A stretch of DNA of 23,386 nucleotides from Tubiluchus corallicola (Eukaryota > Animalia > Priapulida). Within the stretch, counting starts at the first letter, position 1. Every line of letters begins with the position of its first letter. Positions 23,100-23,386 of this stretch are shown piece by piece. The DNA is taken from assembly GCA_030141605.1 (NCBI GenBank), contig JAQGDQ010001852.1, forward strand, positions 1 to 23,386, given 5' to 3'. The notes under the pieces are model-generated. The model did not search any database, was not told the origin of the DNA, and saw only the letters and a list, made by a program, of their open reading frames with translations. The translations under genes were made by a program, and so were the position numbers.

Positions 23100-23386
23100 C
23101 AAACACCAAACACATTATATTGAGTGTGACTCTGTAGACCAGCAATTTCGAATAAATTTAAGACAAATTCTGCTCTCAGCCATAAAGACGTGTGCCAGGC
23201 ATATGTAAAGATTGTTAGAGATGTTGTGTAGAAAAAATTGTTATAAAGAAATGCAAATTATATTCACAGAAAAACAGGCACTGAGTTAATCGTTATATAA
23301 ATTATAGTGTAAAATATGTATATATTTTAAATTTGCATTATGAATAATATCGCCATCGTAAATAGTTATATTTTGTAAACGAACCC
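23100..23386 (+). mobile_element. Second, shorter copy of the same LINE 3' end, in opposite orientation
   Basis: Diverged reverse complement of 19196-19499; runs off the window end. Confidence 0.75.

Overview
AT-rich eukaryotic (animal, probably invertebrate) genomic DNA; most ORF-track entries are microsatellite or repeat artefacts. One real spliced gene can be read on the + strand (7 coding exons, 8242-15488, all GT-AG and frame-consistent, 296 aa). It encodes a secreted, divergent pentraxin/LamG-fold protein that lacks the usual Ca2+-binding loop and ends in an Arg/Pro-rich tail. Upstream lies a complex rearrangement. Bases 1-2398 are a direct copy of 8611-11039 (including exon 2), joined through CTGCA microhomology to an essentially perfect inverted copy of 7024-8022. 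That copy then merges into an older, diverged inverted repeat (3391-4231 vs 6069-7023), a DUP-TRP/INV-DUP-like signature. The rest is repeats: TTAA-flanked Kolobok-like MITEs, a Penelope-like remnant with a minimal hammerhead ribozyme, a truncated gag-like ORF, LINE fragments, minisatellites and long microsatellites. All alignments were made by eye.
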